Assembly: GCA_031409275.1 (NCBI GenBank) | Contig: JANNXA010000010.1 | Location: 1,437-65,436 of the forward strand | DNA from: Planctomycetota bacterium | GTDB taxonomy: Bacteria; Planctomycetota; B15-G4; SIAN01 | Direction of reading: 5' to 3' | Length of the DNA: 64,000 bases | Part shown: piece by piece, positions 28,024-36,632 of the stretch | How the letters are laid out: every line of letters starts with the position of its first letter | Position numbering within the stretch: position 1 is the stretch's first letter | Program-made: the position numbers and the translations under genes | The notes under the pieces: generated by a model | What the model saw: only the letters and a program-made list of their open reading frames with translations | Told to the model about the DNA's origin: nothing | The model's database searches: none

Positions 28024-28215
28024 TTGCCCAACGAACGTAAGCCTTATCTGCTGCGGCTCGACCCGCGCCTCTTCGACGCCCTGCAGCGCTGGGCGCGCGA
28101 TGACTTGCGCAGCGTCAATGCGCAGATCGAGTTCTTGCTGCGCCAGGCGTTGGCGAAGGCGGGACGCGCGCGCGTCGACCCCGCGCCGACGGAGGAGCCG
28201 CCCGCTTCGAACTGA
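28024..28215 (+). CDS. Arc/MetJ-type ribbon-helix-helix DNA-binding protein
   Basis: [36 protein letters not shown] fits the RHH pattern (beta strand, helix, RS(L/V)NAEI helix). The TTG start has no clear RBS. Confidence 0.65.
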   Translation: MPNERKPYLLRLDPRLFDALQRWARDDLRSVNAQIEFLLRQALAKAGRARVDPAPTEEPPASN

Positions 28216-28221
28216 AGGCGC

Positions 28222-28383
28222 TCAGCGCGGCCGTTGCGGCGGCGGCAGTTGCGCGAGCGACAGCACGTTGCCGTCGGGATCCTCGACGGTGAGCACCGCA
28301 GCGAAACCGTTCGCTCGCCACGCGCGACGGTCCCGCCACCGCGCAGCGCTATCGTCCCGCGCTTCCTTCGGAGGTCCGCTCAT
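28222..28383 (-). pseudogene. Possible C-terminal remnant of a glyoxalase/VOC-family gene
   Basis: The ORF ends ...NGFAAVLTVEDPDGNVLSLAQL, like the last beta-strands of VOC proteins (xFxDPDGNxxEL). Upstream it is Arg-rich and runs into the M28 gene on the other strand. Confidence 0.25.
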
Positions 28384-29863
28384 GGGTACATGGATCGCCA
28401 TCGCGTGCACGTGGCTCCTGGCGCAAGGCACGCCGCCGACGCAATCGGAGAGTCCGTGGCTCGATGACAAGAACCTCGGCGCTCCGCTCGATCCCGGCGA
28501 GGTGCCGCCGCTCGCGCAGCCGCTGCTCGATGTGGCCGCGAAGCTGGTCGGCCGCGCGCTGGTGAGCAACCGCGCCAGCGCGACCTTGGCGCAATTGTGC
28601 GACGACTGCGGAGCGCGACTCTCCGGCAGCGAGAACGCCAACTTCGCCGTCGAGTGGTGCCTCGAGCGGCTGCGGGCGGATGGCTTCGAGAACGTCCATC
28701 CCGAGAAGGTGATGGTCCCGCATTGGGTGCGCGGCCACTGCAAGGTGGCATTGGCGGCGCCGCGCGGCCAGGAGCTCGCGGCCTGCGCGCTCGGCGGCAG
28801 CATCGGCACGAATGGTCAGGCGATCCGCGCCCCGGTGATCGCCACGGCGAGCCTCGAGTCGCTGGCCAAGCTCGCGCCGTCCGACGTGCGCGGGAAGATC
28901 GTCCTCTTCACGCGCAAGATGGAGCGCGATGGCGGTGCGACGTCGGGCTACGGTCCGACCGTCTCGATCCGCGGCGGCGGCGCGAGCGCGGCCGCCAGGC
29001 TCGGCGCGGTCGCGGTGATGATCCGCAGCGTCGGCACCGGCAATGCGCGATTGCCCCATACCGGCGCGATGCGCTACGACGAGGGCGTGCCGAAGATCCC
29101 CGCCGTGGCGATCTCCGCCGAGGACGCGGAGATGATCGAGCGCTTGCTGGCGCGCGATCGACCCGTCGAGGTCGCCGTCGAGCTGGGCTGCGAAACGCTG
29201 CCCGACGTCGAATCGGCGAACGTCGTCGCCGATCTGGTCGGCCGCGAGAAGCCCGAGGAGATCGTCGTCATCGGCGGCCACCTCGACTCGTGGGACCTCG
29301 GCACGGGCGCGATCGACGATGGCGCCGGGGTCGTGATCGCATGGGAAGCGGCGCGCCTCATCCGGGAATCGGGACTGCGACCGCGCCGCACGATTCGGCT
29401 GGTCTTCTTCATGAACGAAGAGAACGGGCTGCGCGGCGGCGACGGCTACGCCGCCGAGCACGCGGGCGAACTCGCCAACCACGTGGCAGCGATCGAGGCG
29501 GATAGTGGCGCCGGTCGACCGCTCGGTTTCGGTTGCACCAGCACCGACGACGATCTCGCGCGAGTGACGCAGCTCGGCGCGCTGTTGCGCGGCATCGGGG
29601 CGGGCAGCGTCTCGAAGGGCGGCGGCGGGGCCGACATCGGCCCGATGCGGAAGGCCGGAGTCCCGACGCTCGGCCTGCAGCAGGACAGCCACTGGTACTT
29701 CGACTACCACCACACGCCCGCCGACACGCCCGACAAGGTCGATCCGCACGAGCTCGCGCTGAACGTCGCCGCGATGGCGGTGATGGCTTACGCGCTGGCC
29801 GAGATCACGCCGCGGCTGACCAACGCGCCGCAGGATTCGAACGAGTCGGGTCGGCGTCGCTGA
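28382..29863 (+). CDS. M28 family metallopeptidase (aminopeptidase with PA-like insert)
   Basis: Signal MGTWIAIACTWLLAQG. Zn-ligand motifs VVIGGHLDSWDLGTGAIDDGAGV, FFMNEENGLRG, and ...DYHHTPADT. Confidence 0.88.
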   Translation: MGTWIAIACTWLLAQGTPPTQSESPWLDDKNLGAPLDPGEVPPLAQPLLDVAAKLVGRALVSNRASATLAQLCDDCGARLSGSENANFAVEWCLERLRADGFENVHPEKVMVPHWVRGHCKVALAAPRGQELAACALGGSIGTNGQAIRAPVIATASLESLAKLAPSDVRGKIVLFTRKMERDGGATSGYGPTVSIRGGGASAAARLGAVAVMIRSVGTGNARLPHTGAMRYDEGVPKIPAVAISAEDAEMIERLLARDRPVEVAVELGCETLPDVESANVVADLVGREKPEEIVVIGGHLDSWDLGTGAIDDGAGVVIAWEAARLIRESGLRPRRTIRLVFFMNEENGLRGGDGYAAEHAGELANHVAAIEADSGAGRPLGFGCTSTDDDLARVTQLGALLRGIGAGSVSKGGGGADIGPMRKAGVPTLGLQQDSHWYFDYHHTPADTPDKVDPHELALNVAAMAVMAYALAEITPRLTNAPQDSNESGRRR

Positions 29864-29888
29864 CCGTCGGAAGAAGGGGACTTCGCCT

Positions 29889-30698
29889 GTGACCCGCCAC
29901 CGCTACACCGCGCATCGGATCGACCCGCACGACCTCTACGAGAAGTCGGTGCAGGATCCGGTCGCCGACATCCATCAGCTCGTACGCTGGTTCGTGAAGG
30001 TGCGCGGCCGCAAGCCGCTCACGCTGCGCGAAGACTTCGCCGGCACGAGCTACATGTGCGCCGAGTGGATCAAGGGCGACCCGCGCCGTACCGCGATCGG
30101 CGTCGACCTCGATGCGCGCACGATGGCGTGGGGACGCAAGCGCCACTTCCAGCCGGCCAACCCCGACGGCGCCGAGGCGAAGCGCATGCGCTTCGTGCGC
30201 GGCAACGTCCTGACCGCGCGCACGGAACCGGCCGACGTCTCCTGCGCCTTCAACTTCAGCTGGTGCGTCTTCCTCGAGCGCGCGACGCTGGTCGACTATT
30301 TCCGTGCGGCCCATCGCGCGCTGACCAAGGATGGACTCTTCGCGCTCGACATCCACGGCGGGAGCGGCTCGTTCGCCGTCTGCAAGGACGAGCGGCGGAT
30401 GGGCGGCTTCACGTACGTCTGGGATCAAGGTCCCGTCGACCCCATCACCCACCGCTCGATCCGGCGCATCCACTTCGAGTTCCCGGACGGCAGCGTGCGG
30501 CGCAACGTCTACCGCTACGACTGGCGAGTATGGACGCTGCCCGAAACCCGCGAGGCGCTGCTCGACGCCGGCTTCCGCAAGGTCGACATCCTCTGGGAGC
30601 TCTACGACAAGAACGGGGACGGCAGCGGCGTCTTCCGCCGCGTCGAGCACGCGGTCAACGAGGACTCCTGGGTCGCCTACCTGCTGGCGTGGAAGTGA
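29889..30698 (+). CDS. Class I SAM-dependent methyltransferase
   Basis: LREDFAGTSYMCAEW...AIGVDLD (motif I/II-like), VSCAFNFSW, LTKDGLFALDIHGG. GTG start. Confidence 0.8.
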   Translation: MTRHRYTAHRIDPHDLYEKSVQDPVADIHQLVRWFVKVRGRKPLTLREDFAGTSYMCAEWIKGDPRRTAIGVDLDARTMAWGRKRHFQPANPDGAEAKRMRFVRGNVLTARTEPADVSCAFNFSWCVFLERATLVDYFRAAHRALTKDGLFALDIHGGSGSFAVCKDERRMGGFTYVWDQGPVDPITHRSIRRIHFEFPDGSVRRNVYRYDWRVWTLPETREALLDAGFRKVDILWELYDKNGDGSGVFRRVEHAVNEDSWVAYLLAWK

Positions 30699-30813
30699 GC
30701 CGAGCGCCGGAGAGCGCTCGCCCATGGCGGTGCTTCGCGCCGACCCGAGGGCGAGCTATCCTCGCGCCCCTCGTTCGCCGCGCCCGGCGTTGCGCTTCGC
30801 AAGGATTGCCGCC

Positions 30814-31098
30814 ATGAACGCATCCGTCAGCAAGATCCTCCGCTGGTCCGTCATCGGTGGCGTGGTCGCCTTCGCGATCGACTGGCTCGTTTCGGGCGGG
30901 CAGCCGCTGGGCACCCGCATCATGGTCGGGATCATGTGCTTCGGTGCCGGCTTCGTGACCGGCGGGATGATCGCCGCGAACTTCAGCCCCGATCCCGACG
31001 CCCCTCCGAGCGGACACGGCGGCAGCGGCCACGCAACGCCACCGTCCGCACCTGCCGCGCCGACCACTCCGCCTGCGGCGCCGTCGACCGGTCACTGA
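30814..31098 (+). CDS. Hypothetical small membrane protein with a Pro-rich tail
   Basis: Two Gly-rich TM segments (WSVIGGVVAFAIDWLV, IMVGIMCFGAGFVTGGMIAA), then PDPDAPPSGHGGSGHATPPSAPAAPTTPPAAPSTGH. Confidence 0.5.
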   Translation: MNASVSKILRWSVIGGVVAFAIDWLVSGGQPLGTRIMVGIMCFGAGFVTGGMIAANFSPDPDAPPSGHGGSGHATPPSAPAAPTTPPAAPSTGH

Positions 31099-31134
31099 GC
31101 CGCCGCGGCGCGAGTCGCGCTTTGCGGCTCGGGT

Positions 31135-32835
31135 TCATACGGCGAACGGCGGCGGCATCTTCAAGTGGTGATCGGTCGCCTGCTGGAACGCCGCGCCGAC
31201 GCGCAGCAGTTCCGACTCGCCGTAGAGCTTGCCCACGAAGCTGATGCTGGTGGGCGTCCCCTGCTTGGTGAACCCGTTCGGCAGCACGAGCGCCGGATGG
31301 CCGGTCAAGTTGGTGAGCGCGAGGACCTCGCCTGCGAACGGCGGCGTCACGATGACATCGAAGTCGGCGAAGGCGCGAGCCGTCTCCTCGAGCAGCACGG
31401 TGCGCAGGCGCGCCGCGCGCAGGAACTCGACCGCCGGGAAGAAGCGAGCCGCACGGAAGAGGTTGGGCCACGCGCTCGGCCCCTGCTCGCGCAGTTGCCC
31501 GAGACGTCCGTCGCGCGTCGGCTCGTCGAACGCGCACGCGCCTTCCACCACCAGCATGTCCGCGAGGTCATTGGCACCCGCGTCCGGCAGCTCCACCGCC
31601 GAAAGCGTCGCCCCTTGCGCCCGCAGCAGGTCGAGCACGTCGCGATCGGCCTTCGGCCCGCCCGCCGGGAAGCCCGCTTTCAAGTAGCCGATCTTCAGCG
31701 CGGACAGCGGCAGCGTCGCGTCGAAGTCGAAGCCGAGGTCAACCGTCGTCCGATCGCGCTCGTCGCGCCCCTCGAGTGCCGCGAAGACCAATGCGCAATC
31801 GAGCGCGCTCCTGCACAACGGCCCGAGCTTGTCCATCGACCACGAGAGCGCCATCGCGCCGTGGCGTGAAACGCGTCCGAAGGTCGGCCGCAGCCCAGTG
31901 ACGCCACAGCGTGTCGCGGGCGAGACGATCGATCCGAGCGTCTCGCTGCCGATGGCGAACGGAACGAGGCCCGCGGCCGTGGCCGCCGCCGAGCCCGCCG
32001 ACGAACCGCTCGACCCTTGCTGGAGCTGCCAAGGATTGCGCGTCATCCCGCCGAACCAGAGGTCCCCCATCGCCAACGCGCCGAGCGAGAGCTTGGCGAT
32101 GAGCACGGCTCCGGCTGCATCGAGCCGCTCGACCACCGCCGCGTCGAGTTCCGGGACGAACTCGCGAAACGGTTCAGCGCCAAAGGTCGTGCGCGCGCCC
32201 TTGGTGTAGAGCAGGTCCTTCGCGCCCCACGGGATGCCATGCAGCGGGCCGCGCCACTTACCCGCCGCGATTTCGCGATCGGCCGCCGCGGCCTGCGCCA
32301 GCGCACGCTCGTTCAGCAACGTCACCGTGCAGAAGAGGGTCGGGTCATGCTTGGCGAGCCGCGCGAGGAACATCTCGGTGAGCTCGACCGAGGTGATCGC
32401 TCCCGTGCGCAGCAGGGCCGAGAGCTGCCCGATCGAGGCGAAGGCGAGCTCGTTCAAGTCGGCGGGCGCCTCCGGCTCGAGGAGTTCGGGCAGCCGGACG
32501 CGGCGCGCGGCCGCGGGCGGTCGAGTGCGGCCCGGCGCGACCGGATCGAAGTAGAGGCAGGGCGCGACCTCCATCGCCAACGGTCGCGCGCGCAACCGCG
32601 CGTAGGCTTCGCGCCGTTCGTTGACGGAGCGCTCGAGCTGCCGGCGCTCGGCATCGGTGAAGACCAGCCCTGCGAGCTTCTCGGCCTCCTCGATGGCGGC
32701 GCGGGTGACTGGCGCCCCCTCCTGCGTCACCGCGGCGAGCGCTTGTGGAAACAGGGTGGCGCCGAGGCCCAGGCCGCCGCACCAGGCGAGGAAGTCGCGT
32801 CGAGTACGGTCGGGCGGCGAAGCGGTGGTGGCCAT
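31135..32835 (-). CDS. Amidase-signature family enzyme with Tat signal
   Basis: Twin-arginine signal TRRDFLAWCGGLGLGATL. AS signature GSSGSSAGSAAATAAGLVPFAIGSETLGSIVSPA and GAKDLL (catalytic Lys region). Confidence 0.9.
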   Translation of the reverse strand: MATTASPPDRTRRDFLAWCGGLGLGATLFPQALAAVTQEGAPVTRAAIEEAEKLAGLVFTDAERRQLERSVNERREAYARLRARPLAMEVAPCLYFDPVAPGRTRPPAAARRVRLPELLEPEAPADLNELAFASIGQLSALLRTGAITSVELTEMFLARLAKHDPTLFCTVTLLNERALAQAAAADREIAAGKWRGPLHGIPWGAKDLLYTKGARTTFGAEPFREFVPELDAAVVERLDAAGAVLIAKLSLGALAMGDLWFGGMTRNPWQLQQGSSGSSAGSAAATAAGLVPFAIGSETLGSIVSPATRCGVTGLRPTFGRVSRHGAMALSWSMDKLGPLCRSALDCALVFAALEGRDERDRTTVDLGFDFDATLPLSALKIGYLKAGFPAGGPKADRDVLDLLRAQGATLSAVELPDAGANDLADMLVVEGACAFDEPTRDGRLGQLREQGPSAWPNLFRAARFFPAVEFLRAARLRTVLLEETARAFADFDVIVTPPFAGEVLALTNLTGHPALVLPNGFTKQGTPTSISFVGKLYGESELLRVGAAFQQATDHHLKMPPPFAV

Positions 32836-33038
32836 CGACGGACTCCAGCAACGAGCGTCACCGGCGACGCCGCAAGGTCGGCGGAGGGTATCCGTGGGCT
32901 GGACCGTCGCCGAAAATTCGACGGCCCATCACTTGATACTGAGACTCCGTCTCAATACGATCGCGCTCCTTCGTGGGGGGCGAGTCCGCCGTCGCGCCCA
33001 CCTCGTTCTTCCTCGAAACCCAACCGGTCAACGGAACC

Positions 33039-34460
33039 ATGCACTTCCAATCGCTTCCAGTTGCTGCGCTCCTCCCGTTGCTCGCGCCGACGATGGCGTT
33101 CTCGCAGACGGCCCCGACTCAGGCCGAGCTGCTCGAACGGCTCGATCGCGTCGAACGCGAGAATCGCGAACTGCAGGGCCGCGTCGATCGACTCGACCGG
33201 CCCGCCGGTGGCGCGCTCGACCGCGAACTCGCCGAGCTCGGCGCTCCCGGAAGCACCGCGGCCGCGGCGACGGACGATGCGCTTGGTGCTCCCGGTCGCG
33301 CGCTCGCCGACAGCGGCCTGTCGCAGGCCTTCGGCGGCCTCTACACCAAGCCGTTCCTCGCGAGCAGCAACGGCATCGCGCTCGGCGGCTACGTCGACCT
33401 CGAGTACCGCGACCCAACCAACGCCGACCGCGACCTGCGCTTCCATCGCCTCATCCCGTTCATCTACGCGCAGCCGAGCGAGCACGTGAAGTTCGCCACC
33501 GAGATCGAGATCGAGGATGGCCACGAACTCGAAGTCGAGTTCGCGGTCGTCGATCTCTGCTTCACCGATCCGTTCAACTTCCGCGCGGGAGTGATCTTGT
33601 CGCCGCTCGGCAAGTTCAACCTCGTGCACGACTCGCCGGTGAACGAACTCACCGACCGACCGCTCGTCGATTCGACGGTGATCCCGACGACGCTGCGCGA
33701 AGCGGGCTTCGGCGCGTTCGGCACGCTTGCGGACGCCGACTCGGCGCTTGGTCAGCTGACGTACGAGGCCTACCTCACCACCGGCTTCAAGGGGCTGCTC
33801 GACGACGGAACCGCGGCCTTCGATCGCAAGGACGGGCTGAAGAACGGGCGACCGCACGAAGAGGTCGGCACCGAGCACTCCTTCGAGGACATCAACAACG
33901 GCTTCGCCGGGGTCGCTCGCCTCGAATGGAGTCCGTCGCTCGGCGCGGTCCTCGGCTTCTCGGGCCATCGCGGCGCCTACGACGAAAGCGGCGACAACGA
34001 GCTCACCATCCTCGCGTTCGACGCGGCGCTCGATGGACGAACCGTGTCTCGCCTCTTCGGTGCGACCGGGACCGCGGCGCGAGTGATCGACGGCTTCGAA
34101 CTGCTCGGCGAGGCCGCCCACGCGCACCTGCAGACCGACGCGTTCGCCCGTTCGGCGGGCATCCCCGACCGCCTGCAAGGTTGGTACGCGCAGCTCAACT
34201 ACCGGCTCTACCCCGACTTCCTGCGCTCCGCCGAGCAGCACGGTTGGGTCGATGCGGGTTCGCGCATCACGCTCGTGGCGCGCTGGGACGACATCGACCT
34301 CGATGGCGCCGAGCGCGAGCGGCTCACCTTCGGCGTGAACTTCCGTCCCAACCAGTCGCAGACGGTGCTCAAGTTCGACTGGCAGTTCAATTCCGAGAGC
34401 GGCACCACGACCGAGACGCGCAACGACGCGTTCGTCGCCTCGATCGCCACCTACTTCTGA
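33039..34460 (+). CDS. Outer-membrane beta-barrel (porin-like) protein with N-terminal coiled coil
   Basis: Signal MHFQSLPVAALLPLLAPTMAFSQ. Coiled coil ELLERLDRVERENRELQGRVDRL. Alternating hydrophobic beta pattern and a C-terminal ...VASIATYF (terminal Phe). Confidence 0.7.
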   Translation: MHFQSLPVAALLPLLAPTMAFSQTAPTQAELLERLDRVERENRELQGRVDRLDRPAGGALDRELAELGAPGSTAAAATDDALGAPGRALADSGLSQAFGGLYTKPFLASSNGIALGGYVDLEYRDPTNADRDLRFHRLIPFIYAQPSEHVKFATEIEIEDGHELEVEFAVVDLCFTDPFNFRAGVILSPLGKFNLVHDSPVNELTDRPLVDSTVIPTTLREAGFGAFGTLADADSALGQLTYEAYLTTGFKGLLDDGTAAFDRKDGLKNGRPHEEVGTEHSFEDINNGFAGVARLEWSPSLGAVLGFSGHRGAYDESGDNELTILAFDAALDGRTVSRLFGATGTAARVIDGFELLGEAAHAHLQTDAFARSAGIPDRLQGWYAQLNYRLYPDFLRSAEQHGWVDAGSRITLVARWDDIDLDGAERERLTFGVNFRPNQSQTVLKFDWQFNSESGTTTETRNDAFVASIATYF

Positions 34461-34473
34461 GCGTGACCCAACC

Positions 34474-36057
34474 ATGACGTGGCTCGCCTCGCTGATGCTC
34501 GCGTTCGCGGCGGTGGCCTCGCCGCGCAGCGCGGCCGACGACCCGCAGATCCTGCTGACGAAGACGCAGGCGTTGCGGATCGCTTTCCCGGATTGCGCGG
34601 CCGCGCTCGAGGTGCGCCGCCTCCTCTCCGACGACGAGAAGCGCGCGCTCGAGGCCGCGCTCGGGCGGACGCTCGAGGAGAAGGGCTTCCTCGTCTACTA
34701 CGGGCTGCGCGAAGGAGCGCTCGACGGCTTCGCGGTCATCACCAACGAGATCGGCAAGACCGAGCCGATCACCTTCATCGTGGCGGCCGAGCTCGACGGC
34801 CGCGTGCGCCGCTGTGCCGTGATGGTCTATCGCGAGTCGCACGGCGGCGAGGTGCGCTCGCGCCGCTTCCTGCAGCAACTCGAAGGACGCACGCTCGCCG
34901 ATCCGATCGCCGTGCATCGCGACGTGATCCACGTCAGCGGTGCCACCCTCTCCTCGCACGCCTTGTGCAACGGGACGCGGAAGGTCCTGACGCTGCTCGG
35001 ACAGCTCTACCCGCAACGGGCAGCCGCCACGCTCGTCGCGCAAGCACGCCGTGCGGGCGCGAAGGAGATCGCGCTCACGGACGCCAAGGATCCCGCTCCC
35101 ACCACCGCCAGCACGACGCCCGTCGACGCGCGTCGCCTGGTGATGGGCAGCGAGATCTCGGTCCGCGCGCTTTCGTCCGATCCGCGGGCGCACGAGCTCG
35201 TGCAGCAGGCGCTTGACGCCGCGGAAGCGCTGGACGCCGTTCTCTCGGACTGGCGCGACGACAGCGAACTGACGCGAGTGAATCGCGACGCGATGCGACA
35301 CGCAGTGCCGGTCAGCGAGCCACTCGCCGACTTCCTGCGACAGTCGCGCGAACTTTGGCAGGCGAGCGGCGGCGCCTTCGATCCCGCGATCGGACGGTTG
35401 GTTCGGGCGTGGGGTTTCCGCGGTGGTCCCGCCACCCGCCCCGACGCCCGCACGCTGGCCGGTTGGGTCGGCCACGCGAGTCTTGACCACGTCTCGTTCG
35501 ACGCAGCGGCGGCCACGGTGATCTTCACCGACCCCGCGGTGCAGCTCGATCCGGGCGCGATCGGCAAGGGCATGGCGGTCGACGCGGTCGTCGCGTCGCT
35601 GCTGGCGCACGGCATCTCGAACGCGCTGGTCGACTTCGGCAGCACGCAGCGGGCGATCGGGCCGGGTGAGGAAGGCGATGGCTGGCCGGTGGCGCTGCGC
35701 GATCCGTTCAGCGCCGAGCGCTCGCTCGAGGTCGTGATGCTGCGCGACCGCGCGCTCTCGACCTCGGGCGGCTACGAGAAGTGGATCGAACTCGACGGCG
35801 AACGGCTGCCTCACCTCCTCGATCCGCGGAACGGTTCACCGGTGCGCGGCAGCGCCTCTGCGAGCGTGCTCGCCGCCACCGGCGCGCGCGCCGATGCGCT
35901 TTCCACCGCGCTCTACGTGCTCGGCCGCGACGCGGGATTCGGCATGCTGGCCGCCCTTCCCGATGCCGCGGGCTGTTTCGTACCGAGCCGCGGCGAGGCC
36001 TCCCGCTGCCCGCGCTGGCCGGGAGCGGAGGATCGAAGCGAGTGCGTTACACGCTGA
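34474..36057 (+). CDS. apbE: Fusion protein: FMN-binding (FMN_bind) domain + ApbE FAD:protein FMN transferase
   Basis: Signal peptide. FMN_bind domain with flavinylation motif DVIHVSGATLSS. The ApbE half has DELTRVN, DPGAIGKGMAVD, LSTSGGYE, LLDPRNG, and ARADALSTALYVLG. Confidence 0.88.
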   Translation: MTWLASLMLAFAAVASPRSAADDPQILLTKTQALRIAFPDCAAALEVRRLLSDDEKRALEAALGRTLEEKGFLVYYGLREGALDGFAVITNEIGKTEPITFIVAAELDGRVRRCAVMVYRESHGGEVRSRRFLQQLEGRTLADPIAVHRDVIHVSGATLSSHALCNGTRKVLTLLGQLYPQRAAATLVAQARRAGAKEIALTDAKDPAPTTASTTPVDARRLVMGSEISVRALSSDPRAHELVQQALDAAEALDAVLSDWRDDSELTRVNRDAMRHAVPVSEPLADFLRQSRELWQASGGAFDPAIGRLVRAWGFRGGPATRPDARTLAGWVGHASLDHVSFDAAAATVIFTDPAVQLDPGAIGKGMAVDAVVASLLAHGISNALVDFGSTQRAIGPGEEGDGWPVALRDPFSAERSLEVVMLRDRALSTSGGYEKWIELDGERLPHLLDPRNGSPVRGSASASVLAATGARADALSTALYVLGRDAGFGMLAALPDAAGCFVPSRGEASRCPRWPGAEDRSECVTR

Positions 36058-36632
36058 GCCCGAAGCTCCATCTGTCGCGGCTGCCGCTGCCGACGCGCGT
36101 GCTGCTCACCGCGTTCGTGCTGTCGATCGAGGCAGCGCTAGCGGTTGGAGGGCTGAAGTACACCGATCGCGCCGAGTTCACGCCGGCGGGCGCTCGCCTC
36201 TACTGGAACGGCGATGCCACGGCGGACCACGGCGATGGGCTGCTGCCAGGAGAAGCGGAGATCGAGGACACGCGCCCGGCAGCGGGACGGCCGGCGGCGT
36301 CTCGAAAGACGACTCGCTTCCTGATCGACATCGTCCATCCCCACCTGTTCACGGTGCCGATCGTCCTCTTCATCCTGCTGCACCTGCTGATCCTGACGCG
36401 GCTCACGGATCGCTGGAAGATCGCGCTGACCGTGCACGCGTTCGCTTCCTGCGGCGCCACGTTCGGGCTGCCGTTCCTGGTCGCTGCAACCGGCGTCGGC
36501 GCCGCCGCCTTCATCGTGGCCGGGAGCAACTTGCTGCTCGCCTTCGTCGGCGTCGGCACATTGCTGCTGGTCGAGCTGTGGCGACGCGGCCCCGATCAGG
36601 GCAGCGAAAGCTCAACCACCAACGGGCGGTGA
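36042..36632 (+). CDS. Hypothetical 4-TM membrane protein with conserved-looking His residues
   Basis: GTG 36042 with GGAGGA 9 nt upstream, overlapping the apbE-fusion end by 16 nt. TM segments contain DIVHPHLF, LLHLLIL and TVHAF. Confidence 0.6.
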   Translation: MRYTLSPKLHLSRLPLPTRVLLTAFVLSIEAALAVGGLKYTDRAEFTPAGARLYWNGDATADHGDGLLPGEAEIEDTRPAAGRPAASRKTTRFLIDIVHPHLFTVPIVLFILLHLLILTRLTDRWKIALTVHAFASCGATFGLPFLVAATGVGAAAFIVAGSNLLLAFVGVGTLLLVELWRRGPDQGSESSTTNGR

